A DNA stretch of 31,046 nucleotides from Selenomonadaceae bacterium (GTDB lineage Bacteria; Bacillota; Negativicutes; Selenomonadales; Selenomonadaceae). The translations under genes and the position numbers were made by a program. How positions within the stretch are numbered: position 1 is the stretch's first letter; each line of letters begins with the position of its first letter. The stretch covers positions 1-31,046 of the forward strand of contig JAFXOC010000586.1 in assembly GCA_017529085.1 (NCBI GenBank), read 5' to 3'. This document shows, piece by piece, positions 17,810-26,748 of this stretch. A model generated the notes under the pieces. It did no database searches, was not told the DNA's origin, and was given only the letters and a program-made list of their open reading frames with translations.

Positions 17810-19066
17810 TCAAGTTTTTGAATTTTCCTTATTTCTTATTCCGTCTAAAATGGGTCTAAAGAAGATAGTGGGGATTGTAACCCCGACAGCTATGGCGACG
17901 ACAACTATACCCGCTTCTACCCCGCTTCTTATGCCCGTCATTAAAAGTTCCGCGTCGATTGTCGTGATGTTTTGTATGGAAAACAACATTCGATATATAA
18001 GCACTCCCGGCATTAGCGTTATAACAGACGGAATTGTAAAAATGGTGGAAGGGGATTTAAACCAGTGATTCGCTTTTTGCGCCACAAGCCCCAAAAACGA
18101 TGCGCCGATAAAAGTTGCCAGCGGCAATCCCGCGCCGTACTGCACCAACATAATGTTTCTTATGTCAACCGCAATAATGCCGCCTAAAGCGATAAGCCAA
18201 ACGAGTCTTTCGGGCACTCTAAATATCGTGGCGTATCCCGCGCCTACAATAGCCGCCGCTATGGTTTGCGAAATGTAAAGACTCTCAGGCGTTATGGAAA
18301 TTTTGGTGAAATCCTGCACGTTGAATATGGCAAGCGAAAGAGTAAGTCCGAACGTCATGGAACCCACTATCAAAAGAGTGTTTATCATACGCGCCATACC
18401 TGTTACTATGAAATTGTTTAACAAATCGTCAACGGAATGAATCAGATGAACGCCGGGGATTAGGAATAATGTCGCCGCTATCATCGGATAGGCGGGAGTC
18501 ATGGAGATAATGTAATTGGGAATGATAAGCGCAAAAGACGTGGCGACAAAAGCCGCTACAGCCGTTGACGCTAGGTTGTTGTATTTATATTTATCCATGA
18601 CCTTCTTGGTTACATATCCAAACATTGAGGCGACAGCTGTTATTATAAAAGCCATCCAATCGCCGCCAAAGAGTTTTGCGATTCCTGCGCAGGTCAATCC
18701 CGCCGCCGTCACGTCAAAAAGTCCTATGGGGCGCTCGGCGCTTTTTTCCGCTCGCTCCAAGGCGCTTTTAAAAGTGTTAATGGGAATATTTTCTTTCACA
18801 GCCATCCGCACAATCTTGCTTATTGCGTAAATAACCTCCATATTTACCCCATGAGAGGGACATTTTTTAAAAGCTGTGTATGACCTATCCTCCGCCCGCA
18901 AATTTATCATAAGAGTCGTATAATTTATATGAAGCACGACATCTTCTTCGGAAAATCCCATATAAATAGCCGCTCGCAAAATTTCGCGCCGAATGCGCTC
19001 CGCCGCCGCTCCGCTTCTCATTAAAAGTTCGCCCATAAAAAGCAATATATCTATCTTTTCCTTCAT
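17810..19066 (-). CDS. Threonine/serine exporter ThrE family membrane protein (two-domain form)
   Basis: GELLMRSGAAAERI, LFGGDW, LFLIPGVHL and ITLMPG motifs. Start reassigned to ATG 19066 after GGAGG. Confidence 0.85.
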   Translation of the reverse strand: MKEKIDILLFMGELLMRSGAAAERIRREILRAAIYMGFSEEDVVLHINYTTLMINLRAEDRSYTAFKKCPSHGVNMEVIYAISKIVRMAVKENIPINTFKSALERAEKSAERPIGLFDVTAAGLTCAGIAKLFGGDWMAFIITAVASMFGYVTKKVMDKYKYNNLASTAVAAFVATSFALIIPNYIISMTPAYPMIAATLFLIPGVHLIHSVDDLLNNFIVTGMARMINTLLIVGSMTFGLTLSLAIFNVQDFTKISITPESLYISQTIAAAIVGAGYATIFRVPERLVWLIALGGIIAVDIRNIMLVQYGAGLPLATFIGASFLGLVAQKANHWFKSPSTIFTIPSVITLMPGVLIYRMLFSIQNITTIDAELLMTGIRSGVEAGIVVVAIAVGVTIPTIFFRPILDGIRNKENSKT

Positions 19067-19288
19067 GCCGTCACCTCCAAATTGTAATTTGTTTCCATTA
19101 TAATCCATATTATGAGATTTTACCATAAAAAAGGAAATTTCTATTTTTTGTAGAATATTGCATTGTAAAACAACGGAACATTTTTGTTTAGAATGTGATT
19201 TGTATGGTGTTATCTGACAACGAAATTAGAAAATAAACGGAAAACAAAAATACAGGTCTGAAAAACCTCCGACGAATGGGTGATTTTT

Positions 19289-19741
19289 ATGGCAATGAAG
19301 ATAGGTTCTTTTTCGGGGCAGTCGTCGTCCGTTATGCGTATGCCGGGGCATTTAAACGCGGTGCATGGCGTTGAAAGCGAATTTTCCATGGAGCTTGCCG
19401 GTAGAGAAGCCGGCATGAGTATGGAAGAACTCGAAAAGTTGATGAAGAAAATCGACGAGCAGGGAGAAAGACTTTCTCAAACTCCTACTTACGACGAGCT
19501 AAAAGAATACCGAACGCTCATTAAAAATTTTGTGGGCGAAGCGGTTTCAAGAATGTACGATATGAACACTTCCGCAGGTTGGGACAGAATGGGACGGCAG
19601 AAGGTTTATACCACGGTTAGGAAGATTGATAAAAAGCTTGAGGATATGGCGGAGAGAATACGGTTGGGACAAGCCGATAAACTTGAGATACTGGCCAGCC
19701 ACGACGCTATTCGGGGTATGCTTTTGGATTTGTACTTGTGA
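19289..19741 (+). CDS. yaaR: YaaR/DUF327 family protein
   Basis: IDEQGERLSQTPT..EL.EY..LIK.F and IRGMLLDLY; position immediately before holB. Confidence 0.85.
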   Translation: MAMKIGSFSGQSSSVMRMPGHLNAVHGVESEFSMELAGREAGMSMEELEKLMKKIDEQGERLSQTPTYDELKEYRTLIKNFVGEAVSRMYDMNTSAGWDRMGRQKVYTTVRKIDKKLEDMAERIRLGQADKLEILASHDAIRGMLLDLYL

Positions 19742-20727
19742 TGGGAAAAAATAATTTTAAGGTCGTAGGCTTTGAAAAAGAGTTTGAGCGGCTAAAAAGC
19801 ATGGTGAAAAAAGGCGCAATGCCTCACGCGGTTCTATTTACGGGTCCCGAAGGAATAGGAAAGCGCGCGATCGCTTTGGAATTGTCGAGGATAATTCTCT
19901 GTTTAAAAGAAGGCGATGAAGATTGCGATTGTGCGTCTTGCAAGGCTTTGAACGAGGGAAGCCACCCTGATTTTTACGAAGTTGCGCCTACGGCTAGGGG
20001 AAAAAGTGCGCCGCTAATCAGGATAGAGGATATTGGCGAACTTTTAAACGATATTGCAAGACTCCCGCTGTTGTCTAAGTCTAGAGTCGCGCTTATAGAC
20101 GGCGCGGATTTTATGAACGAAGCGGCGGCAAACAGGCTTTTAAAGACTTTGGAGGAGCCGACGGGAGACGTTAAGTTCTTTTTGATAGCCAAAATGCGTT
20201 CAAAAATACTTCCTACCGTGCTGTCTCGTTCTATGCCCGTGTCTTTTCCCGCGCTTCCCAATGAAACAATAGAGAAATTATTGGTAGAGAGGGGAATTGA
20301 GGAGAAGGCGGCGAAAGAGGCGGCGAGATTATCTTTCGGAAGCATGAAACAGGCGATGGCGCTCGCGGAAGGCGACGGGCTCTCAATAGAAAGAGAAGTC
20401 GCAGAGTTTTTGCAAAAACCGCTCGGATTTGATAAAATTTGGACTATGTCCAAGGAAATGGCCGAATTTGACAGGGAACGCCTTCAAAAGTGGTTCGCCG
20501 CGTTGTTGCTTATGTTGAGAGATATTCTTTTTTATTACGAAGGCGCGGCGGATCTTGCCGGCCGTAGCGATATGACGGTTTTTTTGAAGCTGTATGACAG
20601 AAGACGCGCTCTTTCGCTATCAACGCTGACGCTTGAGTATGAAAAACGGTTGGCGGCGAACGTTAATCTTAGGCTTTTCATGGAAGGGTATCTGTTAAAA
20701 TTTCGACGAATCATGGAGGATAAATAG
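19738..20727 (+). CDS. holB: DNA polymerase III delta' subunit
   Basis: HAVLFTGPEGIGK, C.C.SC zinc motif, HPDF, ANRLLKTLEEP and TVLSR. Confidence 0.92.
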   Translation: MMGKNNFKVVGFEKEFERLKSMVKKGAMPHAVLFTGPEGIGKRAIALELSRIILCLKEGDEDCDCASCKALNEGSHPDFYEVAPTARGKSAPLIRIEDIGELLNDIARLPLLSKSRVALIDGADFMNEAAANRLLKTLEEPTGDVKFFLIAKMRSKILPTVLSRSMPVSFPALPNETIEKLLVERGIEEKAAKEAARLSFGSMKQAMALAEGDGLSIEREVAEFLQKPLGFDKIWTMSKEMAEFDRERLQKWFAALLLMLRDILFYYEGAADLAGRSDMTVFLKLYDRRRALSLSTLTLEYEKRLAANVNLRLFMEGYLLKFRRIMEDK

Positions 20728-21837
20728 TTGCAGACAATTGTTGGGGTCCGCTTTAAAAAAGCGGGCAAGATATATTACTTCGATCCTGTGGATTTGGATG
20801 TGAAAAAGGAAGACGGGGTTATAGTAGAAACTGCCCGAGGGCTTGAATATGGGGTAGTGGTGCTTGACAAGAGAGAAGTGCCGGATCCGCCGCATCCGTA
20901 TCGTCCTATAGAGCGAAAGGCGACTGAGGACGATTTCTTTGTTTTAGAGGAAAACAAAGAGCGCTTGGAAGAAGCCGCAGGCGTTTTTGACGACATGACT
21001 CAAAAGCACGGGCTGTTGATGAAGTTGGTGAACATTGAAAGCACCTTTGATTTCAGCAAGATAATCTTTTACTTTACAGCGGACGGCAGGGTAGATTTTC
21101 GCGCGTTGGTAAAAGATTTGGCATCGATTTTCCGCACTAGGATAGAATTAAGACAAATAGGGGTGCGAGACGAGGCGAGACAGTTAGGCGGCATAGGCGC
21201 CTGCGGACGACCTATTTGTTGCGCCGCGTTTTTGGGAGATTTTGAACCCGTATCTATTAAGATGGCGAAAGATCAAAATTTGTCGCTTAACCCTACGAAG
21301 ATTTCGGGGATATGCGGGCGGCTGATGTGTTGCCTGAAATATGAGCAGTACGCTTATGAGGGAATGGAGCATAAGCGCGTTGAGATAAAGGAGCCGGAGC
21401 AAGGCAGCAGAGTTATGACGGAAGAGGGAGAGGGCAAGGTTATCTCCGTAAATCCAAACAAACGCATTGCGACGATACTGTTAGACGATGGCAAAACGGT
21501 TGTGCTTCAGTGGGACGACATATTGGAGAACGACGAAGAAGATATTATTGCCAAGGTTGAAGAGTGTCCCCATAAATCCGAACCGCAATTTTCCGATTAC
21601 GAACAAGATGAAACAGGAGCGCCGGAACATAATGGTTGGCGCAACAGAAACGGTAGAAGTAATGCCGACGAAATGTATGATGATCGAGATGGATACAGAA
21701 ATCATTATCGGCAACCGAACAATGAAAGAAATACGCAAATGACCCGCGAAAGACGAGAGCCTAGGGAATACCGAAACGACGGGCGAAGGGATAGGCGAGA
21801 AGATAAAGGCGGATTCGGGTGGCAGTACAATGATTGA
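20728..21837 (+). CDS. yaaT: PSP1-domain protein YaaT/RicT with long charged C-terminal tail
   Basis: VGVRFKKAGKIYYF, RIELRQIGVRDEA, CGRPICC and KISGICGRLMCCLKYE. Confidence 0.92.
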   Translation: MQTIVGVRFKKAGKIYYFDPVDLDVKKEDGVIVETARGLEYGVVVLDKREVPDPPHPYRPIERKATEDDFFVLEENKERLEEAAGVFDDMTQKHGLLMKLVNIESTFDFSKIIFYFTADGRVDFRALVKDLASIFRTRIELRQIGVRDEARQLGGIGACGRPICCAAFLGDFEPVSIKMAKDQNLSLNPTKISGICGRLMCCLKYEQYAYEGMEHKRVEIKEPEQGSRVMTEEGEGKVISVNPNKRIATILLDDGKTVVLQWDDILENDEEDIIAKVEECPHKSEPQFSDYEQDETGAPEHNGWRNRNGRSNADEMYDDRDGYRNHYRQPNNERNTQMTRERREPREYRNDGRRDRREDKGGFGWQYND

Positions 21838-22678
21838 CGGAAAAGAGCCGGGGGAATTGTACCTTGTGGCGACTCCGATTGGCAATCTGGAAGATATAAC
21901 ACTTCGGGCGCTCAGGATTTTGAAAGAAGTTCCGTTAATCGCAGCTGAAGATACCAGGCATACGGTAAAACTTTTGAATAGATTTGACATTCGTACCGAG
22001 CTTACGCCGTATCACGAACACAACAAAAAAGAGGCGGAGGAACGCTTGATAGCGCATTTGCTTGAAGGCAACGACTTAGCCTTGGTATCCGACGCGGGAC
22101 TTCCCTGCATATCCGACCCCGGAGCGGAACTCGCAGGGGCCGCGATAGAGAAAAATATAAAGGTAACGCCTATTCCCGGGGCGAACGCGGCGCTTTCGGC
22201 TTTAATCGCTTCGGGACTTAGCGCGAGAGAATTTACCTTTGTGGGATTTTTGCCGAAAACCCGAAAGAAATGCGTTGAACGGTTAGAATCTCTAAAAGGG
22301 CGAGCGGAAACCCTGATATTTTACGCAGCGCCTCACGATATTGTTCAAACTTTAAGTATTTTAACAGAGACTTTCGGCGAAGACCGCAGAGCGGCAATCG
22401 CAAGGGAACTCACCAAGACTTTCGAGGAGTTTAAGCGTGAAACTTTGGGAGAGCTTCTAAAGTTTTATGAGGAAAACGAAGCTAAAGGCGAATTTGTCAT
22501 CGTGGTTGCGGGAGGAGAAGCAAAGCTTGAACGGGAGGAAACTTTTGATTTAAAGGAGTTGTACGAAGAAGAATTGAAGAAGGGTCTGAGCAAAAAAGAA
22601 GCTATGCGGGAAGTGGCAAAAAAATTAAACATAAGTCGCAGAGAAGTATATAATGAATTGTTAAAACTCCCCCTCTAA
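21830..22678 (+). CDS. rsmI: 16S rRNA (cytidine1402-2'-O)-methyltransferase
   Basis: LYLVATPIGNLEDIT, AAEDTRHT, VSDAGLPCISDPG and ARELTK.FEE. Confidence 0.96.
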   Translation: MIDGKEPGELYLVATPIGNLEDITLRALRILKEVPLIAAEDTRHTVKLLNRFDIRTELTPYHEHNKKEAEERLIAHLLEGNDLALVSDAGLPCISDPGAELAGAAIEKNIKVTPIPGANAALSALIASGLSAREFTFVGFLPKTRKKCVERLESLKGRAETLIFYAAPHDIVQTLSILTETFGEDRRAAIARELTKTFEEFKRETLGELLKFYEENEAKGEFVIVVAGGEAKLEREETFDLKELYEEELKKGLSKKEAMREVAKKLNISRREVYNELLKLPL

Positions 22679-22857
22679 GAGTGGGTCTTTTGAGAGTCGC
22701 AATTAAAAGACATTTGAAAAAACGCGCCTCTACGAGGCGAAAACTCCCCCCCCTACCCCCCTCTAGGAGGGGGGCTTTTAAGAGCCAAAACTTCAAAAGA
22801 ACGCAAAAAAGCCCTCCTCTTAGAGGAGGGACAGCCGCGAAGCGGCAGGGAGGAGTT
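22665..22857. repeat. Repeat family B, inverted doublet plus half unit overlapping the rsmI stop
   Basis: aactccccccctacccccctctaggaggggggc ... gccctcctcttagaggagggacagccgcgaagcggcagggaggagtt, near-identical to units at 12280-12313 and 12450-12495. Confidence 0.88.
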
Positions 22858-22902
22858 CCCAAGACTAAAGCAGTTTGAAATCAAAAGGAAAGAGAGATTA
22901 TT

Positions 22903-24435
22903 ATGAACAAATTTTACATAACGACACCGATATATTATCCGAGCGCGAAACTGCATATCGGACATGCTTATTGCACGACTGTGGCGGACGCGGCGGCTAG
23001 GTTTCATCGACTTTTGGGGGAAGACGTGTTTTTCCTTACGGGGTCTGACGAGCACGGGCAAAAGATTGAGGACACGGCGAAAGCGGCGGGAGTGACGCCC
23101 AAAGAATATGTGGACAATATCGTGGCGGGGTTTCAAAAGCTGTGGGAGCGGCTGAAAATTTCCAACGACGATTTTTTGCGGACAACCGATGAGCGGCATC
23201 ATAAGGTGGTGCAGGAGGTTTTCCGCAGGATTTACGACAACGGCGATATTTATAAGGGCGAGTATAAGGGGCTTTACTGTACTCCTTGCGAAAGTTATTG
23301 GACGGAACATCAATTAAAGGACGGTCGTTGCCCGGATTGCGGAAGGCCCGTGAAAGAGGTTGCGGAGGAGGCTTATTTCTTCAAGCTTTCCAATTATGCG
23401 GACAGGATTTTGGAGCATATCGAAAATCATCCCGAGTTTATCGTTCCCACTTCGAGAAGGAATGAAATGGTAAACTTTATCAAACAGGGACTGGAGGATT
23501 TATGTATCTCAAGGACATCTTTTGATTGGGGCATTCCCGTGCCGATTGATGAAAAGCACGTTATATATGTTTGGTTTGATGCGCTGACGAATTATATCAC
23601 GCCGATTGGATTTTTGGACGATGCGGAAAAATTTAAGAAGTTTTGGCCGGCGGATATACATTTGGTTGGAAAAGAGATAGTTAGGTTCCATTCGATAATT
23701 TGGCCCGCTATTTTAATGGCGTTAAATTTGCCGTTGCCAAAGCAGATTTACGGGCATGGTTGGCTTGTGGTGAGCGGCGACAAGATGAGTAAGTCGAAAG
23801 GCAACGTGGTCGATCCCATGCTTTTGATTGACGAGTTTGGCGCGGATGCCATACGATATTTCTTGTTAAGAGAGATTCAGCTTGGTTCCGACGGTAATTT
23901 TTCGAGAGACGCGCTTATAAGTCGCATAAATTCGGATTTAGCGAACGATTTAGGAAATCTCTTGCACAGAACTTTGAATATGGTAGGTAAGTTCGGCGAT
24001 AAGAAAGTTTATCTTCCGAAAATCACGAGGGACGTTGACGCAGCTTTAACGGAAGAAGCCAAGGCTACGGTTGAATTTTACAAGAACGCCATGGAAAACA
24101 TGGAGATATCCGAAGCCGTCAAAAAAGTTTGGGGATTTGTATCGCGCGCCAATAAGTACATAGACGAAACTGCGCCTTGGGCGCTTGCGAAAGACGAGAC
24201 GAAAAAAGAAGAGCTGTCGGCGACGCTTTATAATTTGGCGGCAAGTCTTAGGATTATCGCCATATTGATTGAGCCGTATATGCCGCAGACGGCTGAAAAT
24301 ATATGGAGTCAGCTTGCGTTAAAGGAGAATTTTAAAGACGTGAGACTTACGGGCGCGCAGAATTTCCAAGGCATAGAGGACGCTCACGAGGTAGGCAAGG
24401 CCAAGCAACTTTTCCCGAGAATCGAGGTTAAGTGA
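22903..24435 (+). CDS. metG: Methionyl-tRNA synthetase (short form, 510 aa)
   Basis: YYPSAKLHIGH, CTPC/CPDC zinc knuckle and KMSKS; ends after the anticodon-binding domain. Confidence 0.97.
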   Translation: MNKFYITTPIYYPSAKLHIGHAYCTTVADAAARFHRLLGEDVFFLTGSDEHGQKIEDTAKAAGVTPKEYVDNIVAGFQKLWERLKISNDDFLRTTDERHHKVVQEVFRRIYDNGDIYKGEYKGLYCTPCESYWTEHQLKDGRCPDCGRPVKEVAEEAYFFKLSNYADRILEHIENHPEFIVPTSRRNEMVNFIKQGLEDLCISRTSFDWGIPVPIDEKHVIYVWFDALTNYITPIGFLDDAEKFKKFWPADIHLVGKEIVRFHSIIWPAILMALNLPLPKQIYGHGWLVVSGDKMSKSKGNVVDPMLLIDEFGADAIRYFLLREIQLGSDGNFSRDALISRINSDLANDLGNLLHRTLNMVGKFGDKKVYLPKITRDVDAALTEEAKATVEFYKNAMENMEISEAVKKVWGFVSRANKYIDETAPWALAKDETKKEELSATLYNLAASLRIIAILIEPYMPQTAENIWSQLALKENFKDVRLTGAQNFQGIEDAHEVGKAKQLFPRIEVK

Positions 24436-25211
24436 TGGAGTTTATTGATACTCACGCCCATTTGACGGACGAGGCGTATAACGAAGACTTAATCGCAACG
24501 ATAGAGCGGGCGAAATCTGCCGGCGTTGCGAAAATCATAACACTGGGGGACACGGTGGAAAATTCCGCCGCGTCCCTTACCTTTTCGCAAAAACATTCGG
24601 GGATTTTTGCGGGCGTATGCGTTCACCCAGAAACAGCGGCGACTTGGGATGAGGATTCTGTCGAAAAATTGTATGAGCTTGCAAAATCCGAAAAAGTAGC
24701 GGGTATAGGCGAAATAGGGCTTGATTATTACTGGGAAAAAGACGAAGACAAACGAGAGTTGCAACGAAAAATTTTCGTCGAACAGTTGAATTTGGCGAAG
24801 GAATTAAACCTGCCCGCTTGCGTACACGACAGGGAAGCTCACGGAGATACGCTTAAAATACTGAAAAACGAAGTTAAAGGCGTTCGCGGCGTATGCCATT
24901 GTTTTTCGGGAAGTTACGAGATGGCTGTGGAACTTTTTAAAATCGGATTTTACATAGGAGTAGACGGACCCGTAACCTTTAAAAACGCCGCAAAACTTCC
25001 CGAGATTTTGGCGAAATCGCCCAAAGACAGAGTGCTTTTGGAAACGGACTCTCCGTATTTGTCCCCCGCTCCAATGCGTGGAAAGCGCAACGAGCCGGCA
25101 AACATTCCCTATATAGCGGCAAAATTGGCGGAAATTTGGAGCGTATCCGTTGAGGAAGTTGCGGAAATTACTACGAGTAATGCGAAGCGATTATATGAAA
25201 AAATAGCTTAA
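24432..25211 (+). CDS. tatD: TatD family metal-dependent nuclease
   Basis: DTHAH, IGEIGLDYY, VHDREAH, CHCFSG and LLETDSPYL. Confidence 0.93.
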   Translation: MMEFIDTHAHLTDEAYNEDLIATIERAKSAGVAKIITLGDTVENSAASLTFSQKHSGIFAGVCVHPETAATWDEDSVEKLYELAKSEKVAGIGEIGLDYYWEKDEDKRELQRKIFVEQLNLAKELNLPACVHDREAHGDTLKILKNEVKGVRGVCHCFSGSYEMAVELFKIGFYIGVDGPVTFKNAAKLPEILAKSPKDRVLLETDSPYLSPAPMRGKRNEPANIPYIAAKLAEIWSVSVEEVAEITTSNAKRLYEKIA

Positions 25212-25374
25212 AAAGACGATGGAGAAAGCTGCGTGGCTTCCTAAAAATACGATGCGGTTCCAAGCGGCAGCGCATTGGTTCATGAAAAAAATAAAAAAAT
25301 AAAGGATTTAGTCCGTTATGTCAAGAATGTATATGGAAAGAAAAGTTTCGAGCCAACCATTGACGGAGGTTCTT

Positions 25375-26391
25375 ATGAAGAAATACGCAGCAATACGCGC
25401 GCTCTCCGTTTATCTGCCCGAAAGGGTAGAGACAAACGAGAGTTGGGACGCGCGATTTGTAGAAAAACTTGGAATATACGAGAGACATTTGGCAAAAGAC
25501 GATGAGACTTCAAGCGATTTTTGCGTCAGAGTTGCGGAAAAACTCTTTGCCGAATACAATATTGACCGCAAAGATATTGATTATCTCGTGGTCTGCGCCC
25601 AACATCCCGACTACCCGATGCCGCCCACTTCCTGCATTGTGCAGGATAAATTGGGACTTTCCATGAATACGGCGGCAATAGACGTAACCATGGGGTGTTC
25701 CGGCTATCTATACGGGCTTTCGGTGGTTAAAGGTTTGATTGAAGCTCAAATTGCCACAAACGTTCTCTTTGTAACAGCCACAGTCGGCACAAAATTCAGG
25801 AACGAAAAAGACAACATCATGCGTCCCCTCTTTGGCGACGGCGCAACCGCTACTTTAATCACCCCACAAGAATCAAACGAGCCTCTTTTACACTCCTTCG
25901 TCTTCGGCACAGACGGCTCTCGTTATGATAAACTATACATTCCTGCCGGCGGCAGTAAACATATGCGCAAAAATACGCCCGAAACAATAGAGACCGACTC
26001 GGACGGAAATATTCGCACAAATTACGAATGGCACATGGACGGCGCCGCTATCTCATACTTTACGCTTAGAGTCGTTCCCGCTATAGTGGAAGATGTTCTA
26101 AAAAAATCCGATCTGAAAAGAGAAGACATCGACTACTACATATTTCATCAAGCCAACCGTTTTATGATGGAGCACGTACAAAAAAAATGCCACCTTGAAA
26201 AGATGGCATTTTACAACGATATTACCAAAATCGGCAACACGGTATCAAGCTCAGTACCTTTCGGCATGGACATAGTTTTAAAGGAAACTCCCTCCGAAAG
26301 CCTAAAACGCGTCATGCTCGCAGGATTTGGCGTAGGTCTTTCATGGGCGGGCTGCATAGCGGATTTAACGCGGATGATGAAGAAAGTTTAA
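25375..26391 (+). CDS. 3-oxoacyl-ACP synthase III-like (FabH-like) condensing enzyme
   Basis: Cys (TMGCSGY), His (FHQAN) and Asn (GNTVSSS) triad, LFGDGA, GFGVGLSW. ATG 25375 follows GGAGG. Confidence 0.9.
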   Translation: MKKYAAIRALSVYLPERVETNESWDARFVEKLGIYERHLAKDDETSSDFCVRVAEKLFAEYNIDRKDIDYLVVCAQHPDYPMPPTSCIVQDKLGLSMNTAAIDVTMGCSGYLYGLSVVKGLIEAQIATNVLFVTATVGTKFRNEKDNIMRPLFGDGATATLITPQESNEPLLHSFVFGTDGSRYDKLYIPAGGSKHMRKNTPETIETDSDGNIRTNYEWHMDGAAISYFTLRVVPAIVEDVLKKSDLKREDIDYYIFHQANRFMMEHVQKKCHLEKMAFYNDITKIGNTVSSSVPFGMDIVLKETPSESLKRVMLAGFGVGLSWAGCIADLTRMMKKV

Positions 26392-26624
26392 ACGTCTCCT
26401 TCAACGCCTCTGCGCTTCAACAAATCCCGTATAGATTCGATACTCGTGAAATTCTGCGGCGTTAAATCCGTTCCCGCAAACTCTACGTTGTATTCCTCCT
26501 CAAGCCTTGCAAACAAATCCTGCATATCCATCGAATCTATAAGCCCGTCGCTTACAAAATCCTCGCTCTTTTCATAGTCGTTCTTAGGATTAAGCTCCTT
26601 TAATATCTCTATTATCTTCTTCAT
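26388..26624 (-). CDS. Acyl carrier protein
   Basis: 78 aa, acidic, GLIDSMD phosphopantetheine site and NF.SI..I tail. Start at 26624; the longer ORF start is repeat-derived. Confidence 0.85.
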   Translation of the reverse strand: MKKIIEILKELNPKNDYEKSEDFVSDGLIDSMDMQDLFARLEEEYNVEFAGTDLTPQNFTSIESIRDLLKRRGVEGDV

Positions 26625-26633
26625 ACTCTCTCC

Positions 26634-26711
26634 TGTTGGGGCTTTGCCCCAAACCCCGCAAGGGCGCCGCCCTTGACCCGCCAAAGGGCGTTCGCCCTCT
26701 GGACTCCCGGG
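26634..26711 (-). repeat. Repeat family A, copy 3
   Basis: Minus strand cccgggagtccagagggc-gaa-cgccctttggcgggtcaagggc-ggc-gcccttgcggggtttggggc-aaa-gccccaaca. Confidence 0.92.
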
Positions 26712-26748
26712 TAGGGGTGTTGTTGTTTAATCTTAATTCGTGGTTACG

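Noticed and set aside
22602-22878. Short ORFs 22602-22862 and 22681-22878 (also 9265-9459, 12129-12332, 5229-5417)
   Set aside because: They are translations of palindromic repeats or antisense overlaps, with no RBS or family motifs.
22903-23900. G-rich codons in 5' metG as a skew footprint of repeat family B
   Set aside because: The whole 19.3-24.4 kb block is G-rich on the + strand, and the family-B copy at 12272-12495 shows no clear skew on its right side; not separable by eye.
25212-25324. Minus-strand TTGACA suggesting a small RNA between tatD and the FabH-like gene
   Set aside because: The matching -10 is poor (TATTTT), and no convincing structure or terminator was found.
2036-26711. 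Repeats as a CRISPR array
   Set aside because: Copies are dispersed, not regularly spaced with unique spacers, and no cas genes are present.
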